Source: the human T2T-CHM13v2.0 reference genome, Homo sapiens
Length of the DNA stretch: 64,000 nt
NCBI RefSeq assembly: GCF_009914755.1
Contig: NC_060925.1
Strand: one strand, 5' to 3'
The first letter of the stretch is position 1. Every line of letters begins with the position of its first letter. This document shows, one piece after another, positions 1 through 18,560 of the stretch. Below the pieces are notes generated by a model. It worked only from the letters and a program-made list of their open reading frames with translations, searched no databases and was not told the DNA's origin. The position numbers were made by a program, and so were the translations under genes.

Positions 1-289
1 CTTAGGCCTCCAGGGGCCCCAGGGCCTGCTGTGCTCAGTTCCACCCAAACCCCCGGACTCCCGGCCAGGTCCAGACACCACAGAGCACTAGGCAGGAGTG
101 GCCAATGGAGGTTTGTTTCCATTTTCCCCAGATAAGACCACAGTTAAATAGGCCTCTCAGTGAACAAAACAGATCTCAAACACACACAGAAAGAGCAAAC
201 GCTGTGGGGAGACAATCAGGAAATACTGGAGCCAACTCCATTCCTCTCTCCCCTGCTTCCTCCTCATCCGGGTTTCAGGAAGGAAAGGT

Positions 290-674
<385 letters not shown>

Positions 675-1230
675 TGAAGCTCTTACTCTGTGCCAAGCAC
701 TGTTCTAGGTGCATCTGAACTCCTTTAACCTTCACTACTGTGAGTTTCATATGAGGAAACCAAGGCACGGTGTGGTTAAATGACTGCCCCAGATCCCACA
801 GCTACTGACTGGCGGACATGGGACTTAAACTCACGTCTGTGCTTGTGGTCACTGCATTTTGCCACATCTCCAGGTTAGCCCTCCAGGCAGGGCTTACTTC
901 CCTTTCTCTGCAACTCACTATCATGACCTCTGCCTTGCAGATTACCATTCCTGGTAGGCCCTGTAGGCACGGTTGTTGAAAATATTGAAATGAATGAGTG
1001 AGCAAAGTTATCCAATCGTTTATGTGTGGTGTGTACCCCTGGTGACTGATGGCACCTGAGCCTGCCCTTGTGTGGTTCTGCACAAGCATGTATCCAATTC
1101 ATCCTTAAATGGCCAAGCCTCAGAGCTACGCTACAGAAAACTGAGGTTTTGGGACACTAAATAAAAGTAAATATTAAATGGTTCACACTTAGTAGCGGCC
1201 ACATAAAATTCTTGTATTCATCATCATATT

Positions 1231-1520
1231 GGCCGGGTGCGGTGGCTGACGCCAGTGATCCCAGCACTTTGGCAGGCGAGGCAGGCGGATCATGAGGTCA
1301 AAAGATTGAGACCATCCTGGCCAACATGGTAAAACCCCGTCTCTACTAAAACTACAAAAAATTAGCAGGGCGTGATGGCACACACCTGTAGTCCCAGCCT
1401 CTCGGGAGGCTGAGGCAGGAGAATTGCTTGAACCTGGGAAGGCAGAGGTGGCAGTGAGCCAAGATTGCACCACTGCACTCCAGCCTGGCGACAGAGCCAG
1501 ACTCCGTCTCAAAAAAAAAA
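1231..1520 (+). mobile_element. Alu
   Basis: Alu consensus, TSD atcatatt. Confidence 0.9.
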
Positions 1521-1784
1521 ATCATATTATATGCAACTGTTTACTGGTGCCATCCCCTGGCTACAGGCTGGAGGCCTGTCACTCAGAGAAGGGCTGGGTG
1601 TGGCATTGGTTTGTGGAACCCAGGATACTCCTGAAAAGATCACTTTAAGTGGATTAAATTCAGTGTGTTGTAGAAGATCGAAGATACAGAATTTGTGTGT
1701 GATTTAAATAGACTTTTAAAACTTTGATCGAAACAGTCTCTGAAGATCCAGAGGCAACTGTGTGGTCAGCCCATCCTGCGTGGG

Positions 1785-2507
1785 ATGATATTGGAGCAGC
1801 GTCATTTCTCTGGGGTACAACCCGTGGTTCATTGCCACACGCCAAAGAAATCAAGGACGTGAACATACAAGGAGTGAGGTTAAGAGCGGAGGTTTAATAG
1901 GCTAAAGAAAGAGAAAATCTCTCTCTTGCAGAGAGAGGGAGTCGCAGTGGGTCTTCTGGTCCCTGGTGAAGTGCAGGTTTTATAACTGAGCTTGAGGAGG
2001 TGGTGTCTGATTCACATAGGGCACGAAAGATTGGTTGGACCAGGTGTGCCATTTGCATAACGTGAGAAGAACTGGTTAGGACTAGGTGTGGTGTTTGCAT
2101 AATGTGGGAAGAACTGGTTAGGACTAGGTGTGCTGTTTGCATGGCACGTGAAGAAGCTGGCCGCCCCACCCTAATCTTTTATTATGTAGATGGGTTCTCT
2201 GCCTAGCCGGGTCACGTTCAGTTGCCTGTTTTTGTTTGTACTATACACGTGGTGACAGAGAAAAGGGAAGATGGCGCCTCCATGTTGAACATGCTGGCCC
2301 TCAGGTAGCCCTTTTCTATGGGCACAGCTGCCAGCATTCACCCACACAAGTTTCCAGCTTGCTTATTCATGTCTGCAGCATGATTTTACAGGCTACTCTT
2401 TGTTAGAAAATAAATGACTTTGGGGCTGCTTTTTGTTAAAAGGGAAATTCCGCGGAGGACTCTGTTGCCCTTTCCATCTGCCTAAATAATTTCCATCTCC
2501 TGTATCA
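1785..2507 (-). mobile_element. ERV1-class solo LTR (MER51-like; subfamily uncertain)
   Basis: TG...CA termini; CCAAT, TATA and ATTAAA in LTR order on -; internal ~42-bp triplication. Confidence 0.7.
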
Positions 2508-4752
2508 ATACCAACACCTTGGGAGATGTTAGCCACCAAGTACAAATGTCTCGTTTACTCTCATGCAATCATTAAAGGAGAAGACAGTATCATTCCCATT
2601 TTACTGATGAGGAAACTGAGGCTCCCCACTCCCTTGAGGAGATTCTTGTGGAGCCGGCAGAGCCTGGGAGATGAGGGCACAGGTCTGGAGGCTTCCTAGT
2701 CCTTCCTTTAGTTCTGTCTTCTGGACTTACTAGCTCATGTCCTTAGCTAAGTTATTTACTTCCCCTGAGCCTCAGTTTCTTATCAGGCGTAGCACTCACC
2801 ACATCGTCTGTGATTAGATAGTTGCCTAAACGTGGCTTTCCTGACCAGATTATGAACTCTTGAGTGGAAAGACAACATTGTCATCACTGTATCCCTAGTG
2901 CCTAGCCCACTGGAGGCACAGCAGAGCTTGCAGTGAGTGCTTTTCGTTGAGTTAAAAGCATCTTCCAGCTAACACTGCTGTGTCTTTATGGCTTTTCCTA
3001 TTTTTTAGTGTACAATGTCTATTTGCTGTCTGCCCCAAAATGAGAGAATCACAGAGTTTGTATGAAAATAGCACTGAATTCTTATTAAAACAAATCATCA
3101 CACATACCCTCGGGTGGCAGAATAGCGACATGGAGTTTGGAGAACTGGGTTTGATACACGGCGCTGGCATTTACTTGTTTAAGTGGACTTTACTACTTAA
3201 AAAGTCCACTTAACCCTTCTGAGACTTGGGCTATTCTTATAAAGCAGAGAGTTAATCATGTTTACCTTGCAAGGTGACTGTGAGGATTAAGTGAGATCAT
3301 TTCTGTAAAAATGCTCTGTAGAGGATGAGCCCCAGCAGGGCCGTAACAGAGAAGAGCGTGGTCACAGGAACACAGGCTACCTGGGGCTGTGGGGCCAGGC
3401 TCTGGAGGGACCGACACCTCTGGCCTCTCCTATAGATATTGAATTTTGACTGTGGCTAAGCCCAGATCCCACTCCATTTACAGCCACCCTCCCAGGGAAC
3501 AGGTTTGCTCTCATGTGGACTGAATACATCACCTCAAAAAGCCAAGCCATCAGGGACTCAAAATCACGCACGGTGCCTGCACCTGCCCAGTGAGAAGGAA
3601 AGGGCTTTCTACAGCTGGTTAAAACCCGGGTTCAACAGAATCACTCTGAGCAGAGCCCTGAGCTGGGCTGGCCTCCACAGCCAAGTCTGAAGAGTCCGCA
3701 CGTGCTTTCACAATCATTCACTGAGGCCGGGTAATGCACAGCCTCTGGCCTGGCTAGACATTTCCCCTTAGGAGGTCAAAACTCTCTTCTCCACCCAGCC
3801 ATCCCTCTCTCCACACCCATCTCCTTACACACACCTTTCCATTTTCTTTTCACTCCTCCCAAAACCTGCCAAGAGACACTGCCAAGGGGCGGTGGCAGGG
3901 AGGATTACTTGGTGCTGGTGCTGGGATTCTTTATCCTCAAATCAGCTTTTACTGACTGCTTCTAAGGAGCAGCGCTGAGTTTACTCACCTGTATTCAGCA
4001 GGTGTTTGTTTGTATGCACGCCATGGTCAAAACCCAGCCCACCGCCCACAGCCCAGCAACTGTAGAAACCAGCATCCTTTAGGTGGGTTCTTAAACTGTA
4101 ATGTGGCCCTGGGGTAATATTCCAAGGTGGTGCTTCAGAAAATGGATAGGTGCCTAAGAAAGCTACGTGTCCCACCCCTGTGCATTCAGAAATGTCATTT
4201 GTTCCCTTTATTGTGCCAGTTCCTCTCTCTTCTTATGACTTAATACCCCATTGTTATTTACCATCCAGGGCTCAGTCATATTATCCCAGCCACTGGGCAG
4301 GCCCAGACAGCCTGTGGTTTTTCTGCAAATCAGAGCTCCCAGAGGTCGTCTTTGCACAGACAGAGACAGAACTCGCCCTGCTCAGTGCTTGCCTTTCATG
4401 CTAGACAGTCAGGCCCACTCTAGCCCTCATACACTCCACTCAGAACCTAATTCTGTCCATGTCTTGGCCCCTATAATTCCCTTTGCTTGGAATCTCTTCC
4501 CCAACCCCTTTGCTTATCCGAGTCCTAGATCTAGATACTCCTCCCTCTTCTGTGTCCTATGGACCCTTTATTCAGATCACTATTTCAGCATGTGAAGAGC
4601 TTTTTGAGGACAAGCGCTGCTTCTTAGTCAGCTTTGTATCTGCAGAGCCTAGCATAGTGCAGGGTGTTTTGTGTGCATTCAATAAATGTTGGTTGAGTCG
4701 AACTGAAGGCATAGTTTCAGTTTTCATCCATTATCTAACACATATTTAGTGA

Positions 4753-5086
<334 letters not shown>

Positions 5087-5449
5087 CCTGACTTTGAATT
5101 TTTATGGCATCTACTGACTGCTCAGAATCTGTGGGACATCCCGAAAGACCCCACATGTCCAGGCATCACAAACTCAATAAAGTCACCTTCCCAATGATGG
5201 CCATTTATTGTGTTCCCTCTCTTGGGGAAAGGCAGGATTCTTTCCAATGCCTGAAGATGCAGCTTTGTCTTGGACACTTCCCTGTCTTTTACCCTCCATC
5301 CTATCTCCTAAAATATCCTCAATCAGCCCTATCCTCTCCATCCACATTTCCATCATATCAGAGCTTCGTCATGTCCCACATAAAGCACTACAATCACTTC
5401 CTAAGCAGTCTTTCTGCTTTTAGTCACATGGTCTTCAAATTTGTTTTCT

Positions 5450-5680
5450 GGCTGGGTGCAGCGGCTCGCACCTGCAATCCCAGCACTTCGGGAGGTCAAG
5501 GCGGGAGAATCACTTGAGCCCAGGAGTTCCAGACCAGGCTGGGCAACATAATGAGACCCTGTCTTTTAAAAAAAATGGTTTTCCACATTGCCATCAAAAA
5601 AGATCTTTCTCTACCATGTCATGAACCTTGTTAAACATCTCACAAAGTAGCCTGGGCAACATAGTGAAACTACAAAAAAA

Positions 5681-5739
<59 letters not shown>

Positions 5740-5915
5740 TGCCAGGCATATGGTACATGCCTGTAGTCCCTCCCAGCTACTTAGGAAGCTGAAACAGGAG
5801 GATCTCTGGATCCCAGGAGTTAGAGGCTACAGTGAGCTATGATCACACTGCACTATAGCCTGGGCAACAGTGAGACTCCATCTCTAAAAGCAAACAAAAC
5901 AAACAACAGCAAACC
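5450..5915 (+). mobile_element. FLAM/left-arm Alu (5450-5575) and partial AluJ (5649-5915)
   Basis: Alu consensus fragments. Confidence 0.8.
5686..5735. repeat. (TA)n microsatellite in an Alu middle linker
   Basis: Read directly from the sequence. Confidence 0.95.
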
Positions 5916-6066
5916 TCACAAAGATTCCTATCACCTCCATCAGTAGTTCTCAAACTTTCAGACACAATACCCCCTTTTTAATAATAGATATTTTGTAATA
6001 TCTCTGCTATTCTTCTGAAATAAAATCTGTAAATAATATAAACCAACCACATATAATTTAAAAATA

Positions 6067-6151
6067 TTAGGTTGGTGCAAAAGTAATTGCAGTTTTTGCC
6101 ATTGAAAGTAAAGTCATAGCAAAAACCGCAATTACTTTTACACCAACCTAT
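6067..6151. mobile_element. MADE1 (Hsmar1-derived MITE)
   Basis: TTAGGTTGGTGCAAAAGTAATTGC ... GCAATTACTTTTACACCAACCTA palindromic arms. Confidence 0.93.
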
Positions 6152-6218
6152 CTCATTACAGTCTTATAACTATAATATAAAAGGAAAAGCAATGTACTAT
6201 AAAATGAGACATATTTCT

Positions 6219-6801
<583 letters not shown>

Positions 6802-6847
6802 TTACAGACTTATTTGTTACAGTTAAAAAAAAGATGAAATTTTGTAA

Positions 6848-7283
<436 letters not shown>

Positions 7284-7599
7284 CGATTCCCACATTTCAA
7301 CTGTTATCAACATTTGCCCCATTGGTTTTATTTATTTATTTCTTATTTTTTGTTTTTCTTTTCATTTAATTTCATTTTATTCCAGAAATAGGCTTGCCCA
7401 CCCACTGGTTTTATATATCCACTTATTAATTTTTTTCCTAACGTTTTGAACCTAATACCTGATATGTTACATATTTCCTTATGAATCCTGAACATAAATA
7501 ACATTTTATTACAGATGCGGGAGGTTGTGGTGGGAGGAGGGAGGCCTGCGAGGCCCATACACTCAGCTATGGTAGAAAAGGGCTGGTTATGCATGAAAA

Positions 7600-7688
7600 A
7601 GACCCTTATCAGGAAATTCCATGGGTTTTAGGGGCTCAGTGCCAGAAACTGGGGACAAAGACCAAATACGTTTTGTATTATGCCGCAG
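7600..7688. mobile_element. Short LTR fragment (MER21-like)
   Basis: aggaaattccatgggttttaggggctcagtgccagaaactggggacaaagaccaaata resembles a MER21 terminus. Confidence 0.45.
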
Positions 7689-7719
7689 CTGGCATTCTTC
7701 TGGAATGAACTAATTGTAA

Positions 7720-7854
<135 letters not shown>

Positions 7855-8059
7855 TGAGACACCTCCTCAATCCCAATGTCCAAGAATGTCACGAAAGCTA
7901 CAATGATAAAAAGGGGTCGGCGGGGGGAAGATACACTACTCCTCATAATACTGATGATAGCAAAAATAATAATGGATAGAAGAGGTTTGCAAGAAAATAT
8001 ACCAAACTGTTAATGTTTTTTTTTTTAATGAGTGGTGAGATTATTCTTATTTTATATCT

Positions 8060-8398
<339 letters not shown>

Positions 8399-9181
8399 TA
8401 GGAAAAGGAGTACTCTCACCCATCATTCAAGGCACCTACTTTACAAGGTCAGGTACCTGTTAAGCATGAAATAAGAACAAGCAGAGGTGGGTGGGTATTC
8501 TCAATGATTCTTCAGGCCCATCCACAACAGAGCACCTTCCCATCATCCAGCATCTCTCCCCATTCAGTACCCCACGAGCACGGTCAGATTCTTGTTCTTG
8601 CTTTTTCTGAACGTCAGGCACAGCCTCTCCATTTCTGCTAACACACTCTTTCTTAAAGAAGGCCCATCACAATCAAGGTTACCCCATCAGGCAAACATAA
8701 CTGATGATGAAGCAGTCTTAATCTCCCCTCTAAGTGTGATGAGTTCACAGCGATATACTCACAGAAGGCTACTCACTCGTTTAGATTTAGATGTTCCTAA
8801 ATCTCAGCCAACACTTAATATTTTTCACATCAACAGCAGTCATCTCATCTATTTTATAGTTTAAAAACATAAACGTTTATGAGAACATTTAGAAAACATT
8901 CACAGTCAAAAATGGAATGATTGAAAATTACCCACAATATCATCACCCAGAGATAATCCTGCAGAATCATCCAGATCTACATCAAAGTGGGACGGGATGG
9001 GTATTTCGAAACCTTTTTATTTTTATTTTTGGTAATAGCTGCATTGAGATAATTCACATACCATACGATTTATCCATTTAATTCAATTGAATGAATTCAA
9101 TTCAATTCAATGCATAATTCAATTGAAACCTTTGTTTAAACTTAATGTATCGTGGACTTTTTTCCATTTCAAAAGTTATAA

Positions 9182-9805
<624 letters not shown>

Positions 9806-10199
9806 ACAGCATCACTTTTAATGGTGGCATGGCATTCCCACATATTTCTGCGTCATTGTCTAAATAATTTCCTATTTTTTTACATGCAAGTTGTCCCACT
9901 CTTTTTATTATCATAAAAACACTTTGACAAGCATTCTTAGAGCTAAGTCTTTGTTGACATCCTAATTGTTGGGATAAAATATGTGCAGATTTTCAAGGTC
10001 TTAATATATATCACCAAAGCTGGACCAGTGAAGGTATACTGCCACAAGCGATATTTTGCCACTACATTTTGGTTGTTCTTTGCTTTTCTTTTCCAAGGGA
10101 TACCTATTTGAGTAGGGGTACAGGAAGGTTGTAATGATTTCAGGTCCATCAAACCCCAAGAGGCACATAGTGGTTAGTCTAACCAGTTGTATTGATTCC

Positions 10200-10491
10200 T
10201 ATTTTATTTTATTTATTTCTTTGAGACAGGGTCGGGCTCTGTCACCCAGGCTCAGTCTCGGCTCACTGCAACCTCTGCCTCCTGGGCTCAAGGGATCCTC
10301 CCACCTGAGCCTCCCTAGTAGCTAGGACTACAGGTGTACACCCCCACGCCTGGCTAATTTTTGTATTTTTTTGTAGAGATGGGTTTTCACCGTGTTGCTC
10401 AGGCTGGACTTGAACTCCTGAGCTCAAGCGATCTGCCCCCATCAGCCTCCAAAAATGCTGGGATTACAGGCGTGAGCCACCACACCAGGCC
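10200..10491 (-). mobile_element. AluJ-like
   Basis: Alu consensus. Confidence 0.85.
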
Positions 10492-10657
10492 TGCACTGGT
10501 TCCTTGAAGCAACAAACATCCGCAGAACAGTTACACTGGGAAAGGGCACCGGGGACCTCTGGAGCGCGGGGAGTGGCTGTGCACGGGTGGATCTAGTGGA
10601 GAGTGTGATACGCATCACCTCCTAGGACCTGTCATTGGAGAGGAGGAGGGATGCTAA

Positions 10658-11053
<396 letters not shown>

Positions 11054-11286
11054 TGAGATTAACCTTGCCTGGGCCACAGATTAGCATCTCCTGTAGGCTT
11101 GCTGTCTCAGGGAGCCTGTTTGGGACCAGTCGAGTTGGAGGCATGGATATGTGTGTGTGTGTTTCTGGGGTGCAGGAAGAATTTAGGGGGCTTCCCAAGG
11201 CTCCCCGCTACCTAGTTCCCTGCAGAGGAGACTTCAGGGAGGATGGAAATGCATATATCCTTATTAACACACAGTCTCAAGTCTGA

Positions 11287-11890
<604 letters not shown>

Positions 11891-12030
11891 GACCACTCTT
11901 CACTGAGCCCCTTGTCACATGACAAAATCATTATTGTGCCTAAACATACTGTTAAGGGAACTTTTCTTATTCCCGATTTCAAACTTTATGACAATGATTT
12001 GACATTTGGAGGCATGTTTCAAAAATTCTA

Positions 12031-12423
<393 letters not shown>

Positions 12424-12427
12424 TTAA

Positions 12428-12818
<391 letters not shown>

Positions 12819-13393
12819 TCAATATTTTGGAGGCTCTTACACTGTGGCAGGCACATATTTAGTCCTGAAAGCAGCTCCCTGAAGTAAAGTCCTACTATTT
12901 TCCCAATTTTACTGTAGGAAAAGCCAAGTCAGAGGCAGTTTATTAACTAGCCCCAGGTCACACAGCTAGGCGGTAGGAGAAGCAGAATTCAGCCCCAGGT
13001 CATTTCAAGCTGTGCTTGACTCAGAAGCTACAGAGCCTCTGTCACACCTGAGCGTCACCTGTACTATTATTTATTTAATAGTCTTCTTTAAAGAGTGTCT
13101 CTTTCTATTTACTTAAAATATGGAATGCCAAAGGAGATGGCCTGGGCTGGGCCCCTGGGTCCCAGGGAACAGCAAATGCAGCCATCAGGAAGATCAGGAA
13201 AAGGGAGGGAGAGGTGGATCTTGGGGGAGTTGAGCCAGGGGTAGGGGTGGCAATAGCCATGGGGGCCAGAGGTTGCCAGCAGGGGTTTGGGATGAGAGGC
13301 TTCAAGCAGGGCAAAGCTGGGTTCTGGAGGCTCCGAGACGACTGGAGCCTGATCACGGCGGGAGCTGAGGGGCTGGGGAGGAGGCTGGGGCTG

Positions 13394-13405
13394 AGGTCAA
13401 GGTCA
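13394..13405 (+). promoter_or_regulatory. Perfect nuclear-receptor DR0 element AGGTCAAGGTCA
   Basis: Motif seen directly; function not shown. Confidence 0.3.
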
Positions 13406-13988
13406 CTGGGAAAGGAGGTGCTGGGAGGGCGTGCAGAGTGGTAGGGGTTGCCGTCCCAAGGAGCCCTGGGGAGGGCTATGGCAATGGAAGCTGGGGATTA
13501 GCTTGACACGGGCTAGGGCTGAAGGATGTACGAGGCTTGGGGCAGTAGAAGTTGCTGGGGGCTGAGGAGGGGGCTAAAAAGAAGAGGTGGCCAGAAAGCA
13601 TCAATGGGGTTCCGGTCCCCACAGAACTGGCTGAGCACGCTGTCCTTTCAAGACCAACTGGGAGTTTGAAAGCTGTTCCCTTTGCATAAGGAAATCTAGG
13701 TGCGCCTCCAGTTTCCAAAGTGACCTTCAACAGGACCTTCTTTGCAACTCCTCTGCTATGAGATCTCATAGACAGACAAACAGACACAAAAGGTGTTCTC
13801 CCTTGCTTAGTTTAGAAAACAGTTTTTAATTCTTTCCAAACCTATGGAGCTAAATAAGTTTTAGCAAAGCAATGAAATACTCACCACCTACTATGTATTG
13901 TGCCGGGACATAGAAAGTCCAGGAGATGATTTCAGTCCTGCAGGGAACTCACAATCCAGTTGGGAAGATGAGGCTTGGGAACTGACTA

Positions 13989-14327
<339 letters not shown>

Positions 14328-14907
14328 TCACTTCTGATGTATCCTGTTAGTCACATACAGCCAGCTCTAAAGCAGTGTGCAGAGGATTACACAAGGCATG
14401 AATACCAGGGGGCAAGAATCACTGGGGTCCATGCTGGAAGCTGGTGACCCCAGTATGATTTAGTTGTTTGTTGAGCAACTGTTATGAACCAGACACTGCT
14501 ATCTGCCGAATACAGTGACCAGGGAAGACAAGATACCTGCTTCCGCAGGGCTGACATTCTGGTGGGGGATATACAGCATAGCCAAGTGCATTTTTTTTTT
14601 TTCAAATCATAGATTGTGGTAGTGCTATATGGGAAATAAGCAGGGAGATGAGGATAGCTAAAGGAAGTTACTTTAAATAGGGCAGTCCGGGAAAATGTCT
14701 ATGCAATTTTAGCTAAGCCCTGAAAAATAAGAATGAGTCATATAAAGGGCATTTCAGGCAAAAGTAACAGTAAGTGCAAAAGCCTGGAAGCTGGGAAGGG
14801 CTTGGCATATTTGAGGAATAGAAAGGAGACCAGTGTCGTTTGGTGGGTAACGAGTGAGAGTGATCAGACAACTGGATTTTATTCTACGAGCAATGGTAAG
14901 ACATTGA

Positions 14908-15363
<456 letters not shown>

Positions 15364-15602
15364 TGATGGTGGCTGGGACCAGCAGGGAAGATAAAGAGGA
15401 ATAAATGGATTCCAGCGATATTTTGGGGGTGGCATCAACTGGACTTGGTGATATATTTGATATCAAGAACACTTTCACTTACCCACACATATTCCTTCAG
15501 GAAATAATTTGAGGGCCTATTTAAGTGCCAGTCAATGTGACAGCTTTTAGCCATACCACATGAAGCAAAAATAGACACAAGATTTCTACACTCAATAACC
15601 AT

Positions 15603-15895
15603 GGATGGGTGTGGTGGTGCATGCCTGTAATCCCAGCACTTTGGGGGACCGAGGTGGGAGGACAGCTTGAGGACAGGAGTTTGAGACCAGCCTGGGCGAC
15701 GCAGTGAGAACCCACTCCTACAAAAGAAATTTAAAAATTAACTGGGTGTAGTGGCCCCTGTGGTCCAAGCTACTCAGGAGGCTGAGTCAGGAGGACTGCT
15801 TGAGCCCAGGAGTTTGGGGCTGCATGAGCTATGATTATACTACTGCACTCCAGCCTGGGCAACATAGCAAGACCCCAACTCTAAAAAAATAAATA
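15603..15895 (+). mobile_element. AluJ-like
   Basis: Alu consensus, TSD aataaccat. Confidence 0.85.
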
Positions 15896-16314
15896 ACCAT
15901 AAAAGTCTACCTGCCTTAAATGCTATAAGGCAGAGTTTATATGGGGTTATAGGAGCATATAGTAAGTCAGAGAAAGCTTCCCTTAGGAAATGATGAGCCA
16001 AGAGCTGAAGGATAAGCTAAAAGTTAACTGGGCAGAGAGTGGGGAAACAGGTTCATAGAGAGTACAGCATGTGCAAAGGCCTTGTGGCAGGAAGGAGCAC
16101 GACATGTTTGAGGAACTAAAAACAATAAGGGTGTGCTGGAGTATAGGAATCAGGAGGGATCATGGAGCAGGGTGCGGTGGAGGGATGGGAAGAAAGACCA
16201 GAGTATGAAAGACGTTACAGGTCATATTCAGGGTTTGGCCTCTAGTCTGAGAATAATGGGAAACTGTTGAAAAGTTTTAAGGAAGGCAGAAGTAATGATT
16301 ACAATTTCATTTTG

Positions 16315-16464
16315 TGAGGGATAAAAGACTACAAATTGGGTTCAGTGTACACTGCTCGGGTGATGGATGTACCAAAATCTCACAGATCACCACTAAAGAG
16401 CTTACCATGTAACCAAACACCATCTGTTCTCCCCAAACCTATGGAAATAAAAAATTAAAAAAAA
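16315..16464 (+). mobile_element. Severely 5'-truncated L1P (PA/PB) 3' end
   Basis: L1P 3'UTR sequence, AATAAA, A tail; TSD TTCATTTTG at 16306-16314 and 16465-16473. Confidence 0.8.
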
Positions 16465-16577
16465 TTCATTTTGAAAATGTTCCTCTAACTGTGGAGAAGA
16501 AAAGGAGGGGCAGGGTGGGGAGCAGCATGGGGCGAAGATTGAATGTGGAGAGTCAGGAGGAAATTGCAGTGGTTAAA

Positions 16578-16876
16578 GTTTTTTTCTTTTTTTGAGACAG
16601 GGTCTCACTCCCATTGCCCAGGCTGGAATGCAGTGGTGCAATCTCAGCTCACCGCAGCCTTGGCAGCCCAGGCTCAAGTGATCCTCCTCCCTCAGCCCCC
16701 TGAGTAGCTGGGACTACAGGCATGAGCCACCACACCCAGCTACTTTTTGTATTTTTTGTAGAGACAGGTTCTTACTATGTTGCCCAGGCTGGTCTCAAAC
16801 TCCCGGGCTCAAGCAATCTGCCCACCTCAGCCTCCCAAAGTGCTGGGATTACAGACATGAGCCACCACACCTGGCC
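16578..16876 (-). mobile_element. AluJ-like
   Basis: Alu consensus. Confidence 0.85.
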
Positions 16877-16877
16877 A

Positions 16878-17061
16878 GGTTAAACATTCTTAATTTTGGT
16901 TACATTGCTTGGAGTTTTAAAAAATCTGGACGCCCAGGCTATACCCAATACCAGTTAAATCAGGATCTCCGTGTGGGGCGGCAAAGTGTGGGTCCCAGGC
17001 ATCAGTCATTTTTAAAACTCCCCAGATAATTCCATAGCGCAGCCAAGTTTGAGAAGCAGTG
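16878..17061. mobile_element. MER5A-like hAT remnant
   Basis: cagccaagtttgagaagcagtg terminus and characteristic MER5 body. Confidence 0.6.
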
Positions 17062-17181
17062 ATTTAGGCAGCAGATGATGGGTGTTGGCAGTAGATTTAG
17101 ATACATTTGAGAGATGCTTAGGTGGCAATGATTGTATAAACAACAATAGGCTGGCAAAGGGCTGGTCTGCAAGAGGCCTGA

Positions 17182-17656
<475 letters not shown>

Positions 17657-18255
17657 TAAATATAGACCATGATAGATCATGGTTATTGCTTAAGAAATTC
17701 TTCCTCAGTTAAAATTATTTCTCAGCACATATAATTTCATTGATTTCCTTAGGAAACATTTTTTGGGCACTGACTATGTGCAAGACAGAGTGGAGGGTAT
17801 GGAGAAGGCTCTGTCCTCAGAGAATTCATAGCCTGGGAGGATAAGATGGCCCCTCAGAGGAAAGTTACCCTTGTATTACTCACCCTGGTGCCAAATAATT
17901 CAAATAACTCATTTTTCCAAAATAAAATATATGCCTTTACCAACAGCGTGGCCCTTAGGCTCTCTGACCCTCAATATTCTCACCTGCGAAAAGCATAAAA
18001 ATAGTATCTACCTAATAGAATTGAGATACCCATATAAAGAATGTAAGCATTGTGCCTGTATGTACTATTACTATGCCTTCAAAAATGTTAGTTACTATTA
18101 GTATTATTGATCAAGAATAAATGTATGCCAGAATCAATATCTGTAAAATACTAATACAATGGAATTGCATATATCACTGAGATTAATTTCTAAAATCGGT
18201 GCACAAGGTAAAAATCATGCATGATCAAAGTAATCCTTGAAAAATATCTTAGACT

Positions 18256-18374
18256 GGCCAGGTGCGGTGGCTCACACCTGTAATCCCAGCACTTTGGGAG
18301 GCTGAGGTGGGTGGATCACCTGAGGTCAGGAGTTTGAGACCAGCTTAGCCAACATAGTGAAACCCCATCTCTAC

Positions 18375-18410
<36 letters not shown>

Positions 18411-18560
18411 TTAGCTCACGCCTGTAGTCCCAGCTACTCAGGAAGCTGAGGCAGGAGAATTGTTTGAACCCCAGGAGGCGGAGGTTGCAGTGAGCCAAGA
18501 TCGCACCACTGCACTCCAGCCTGGGCAACAGAGTGAAAATCCATCTCAAACAAACAAAAA
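18256..18560 (+). mobile_element. Alu
   Basis: Alu consensus. Confidence 0.9.
18377..18408. repeat. (CA)n microsatellite in an Alu middle linker
   Basis: Read directly from the sequence. Confidence 0.95.

Noticed and set aside
2031-2160. CRISPR-like repeat array
   Set aside because: Contiguous tandem units with no unique spacers, inside an ERV LTR in human DNA.
9008-9133. (AATTC)n fold-back stretch between GAAACCTTT direct repeats
   Set aside because: Explained as a tiny L1M 3'-end insertion with a low-complexity expansion.
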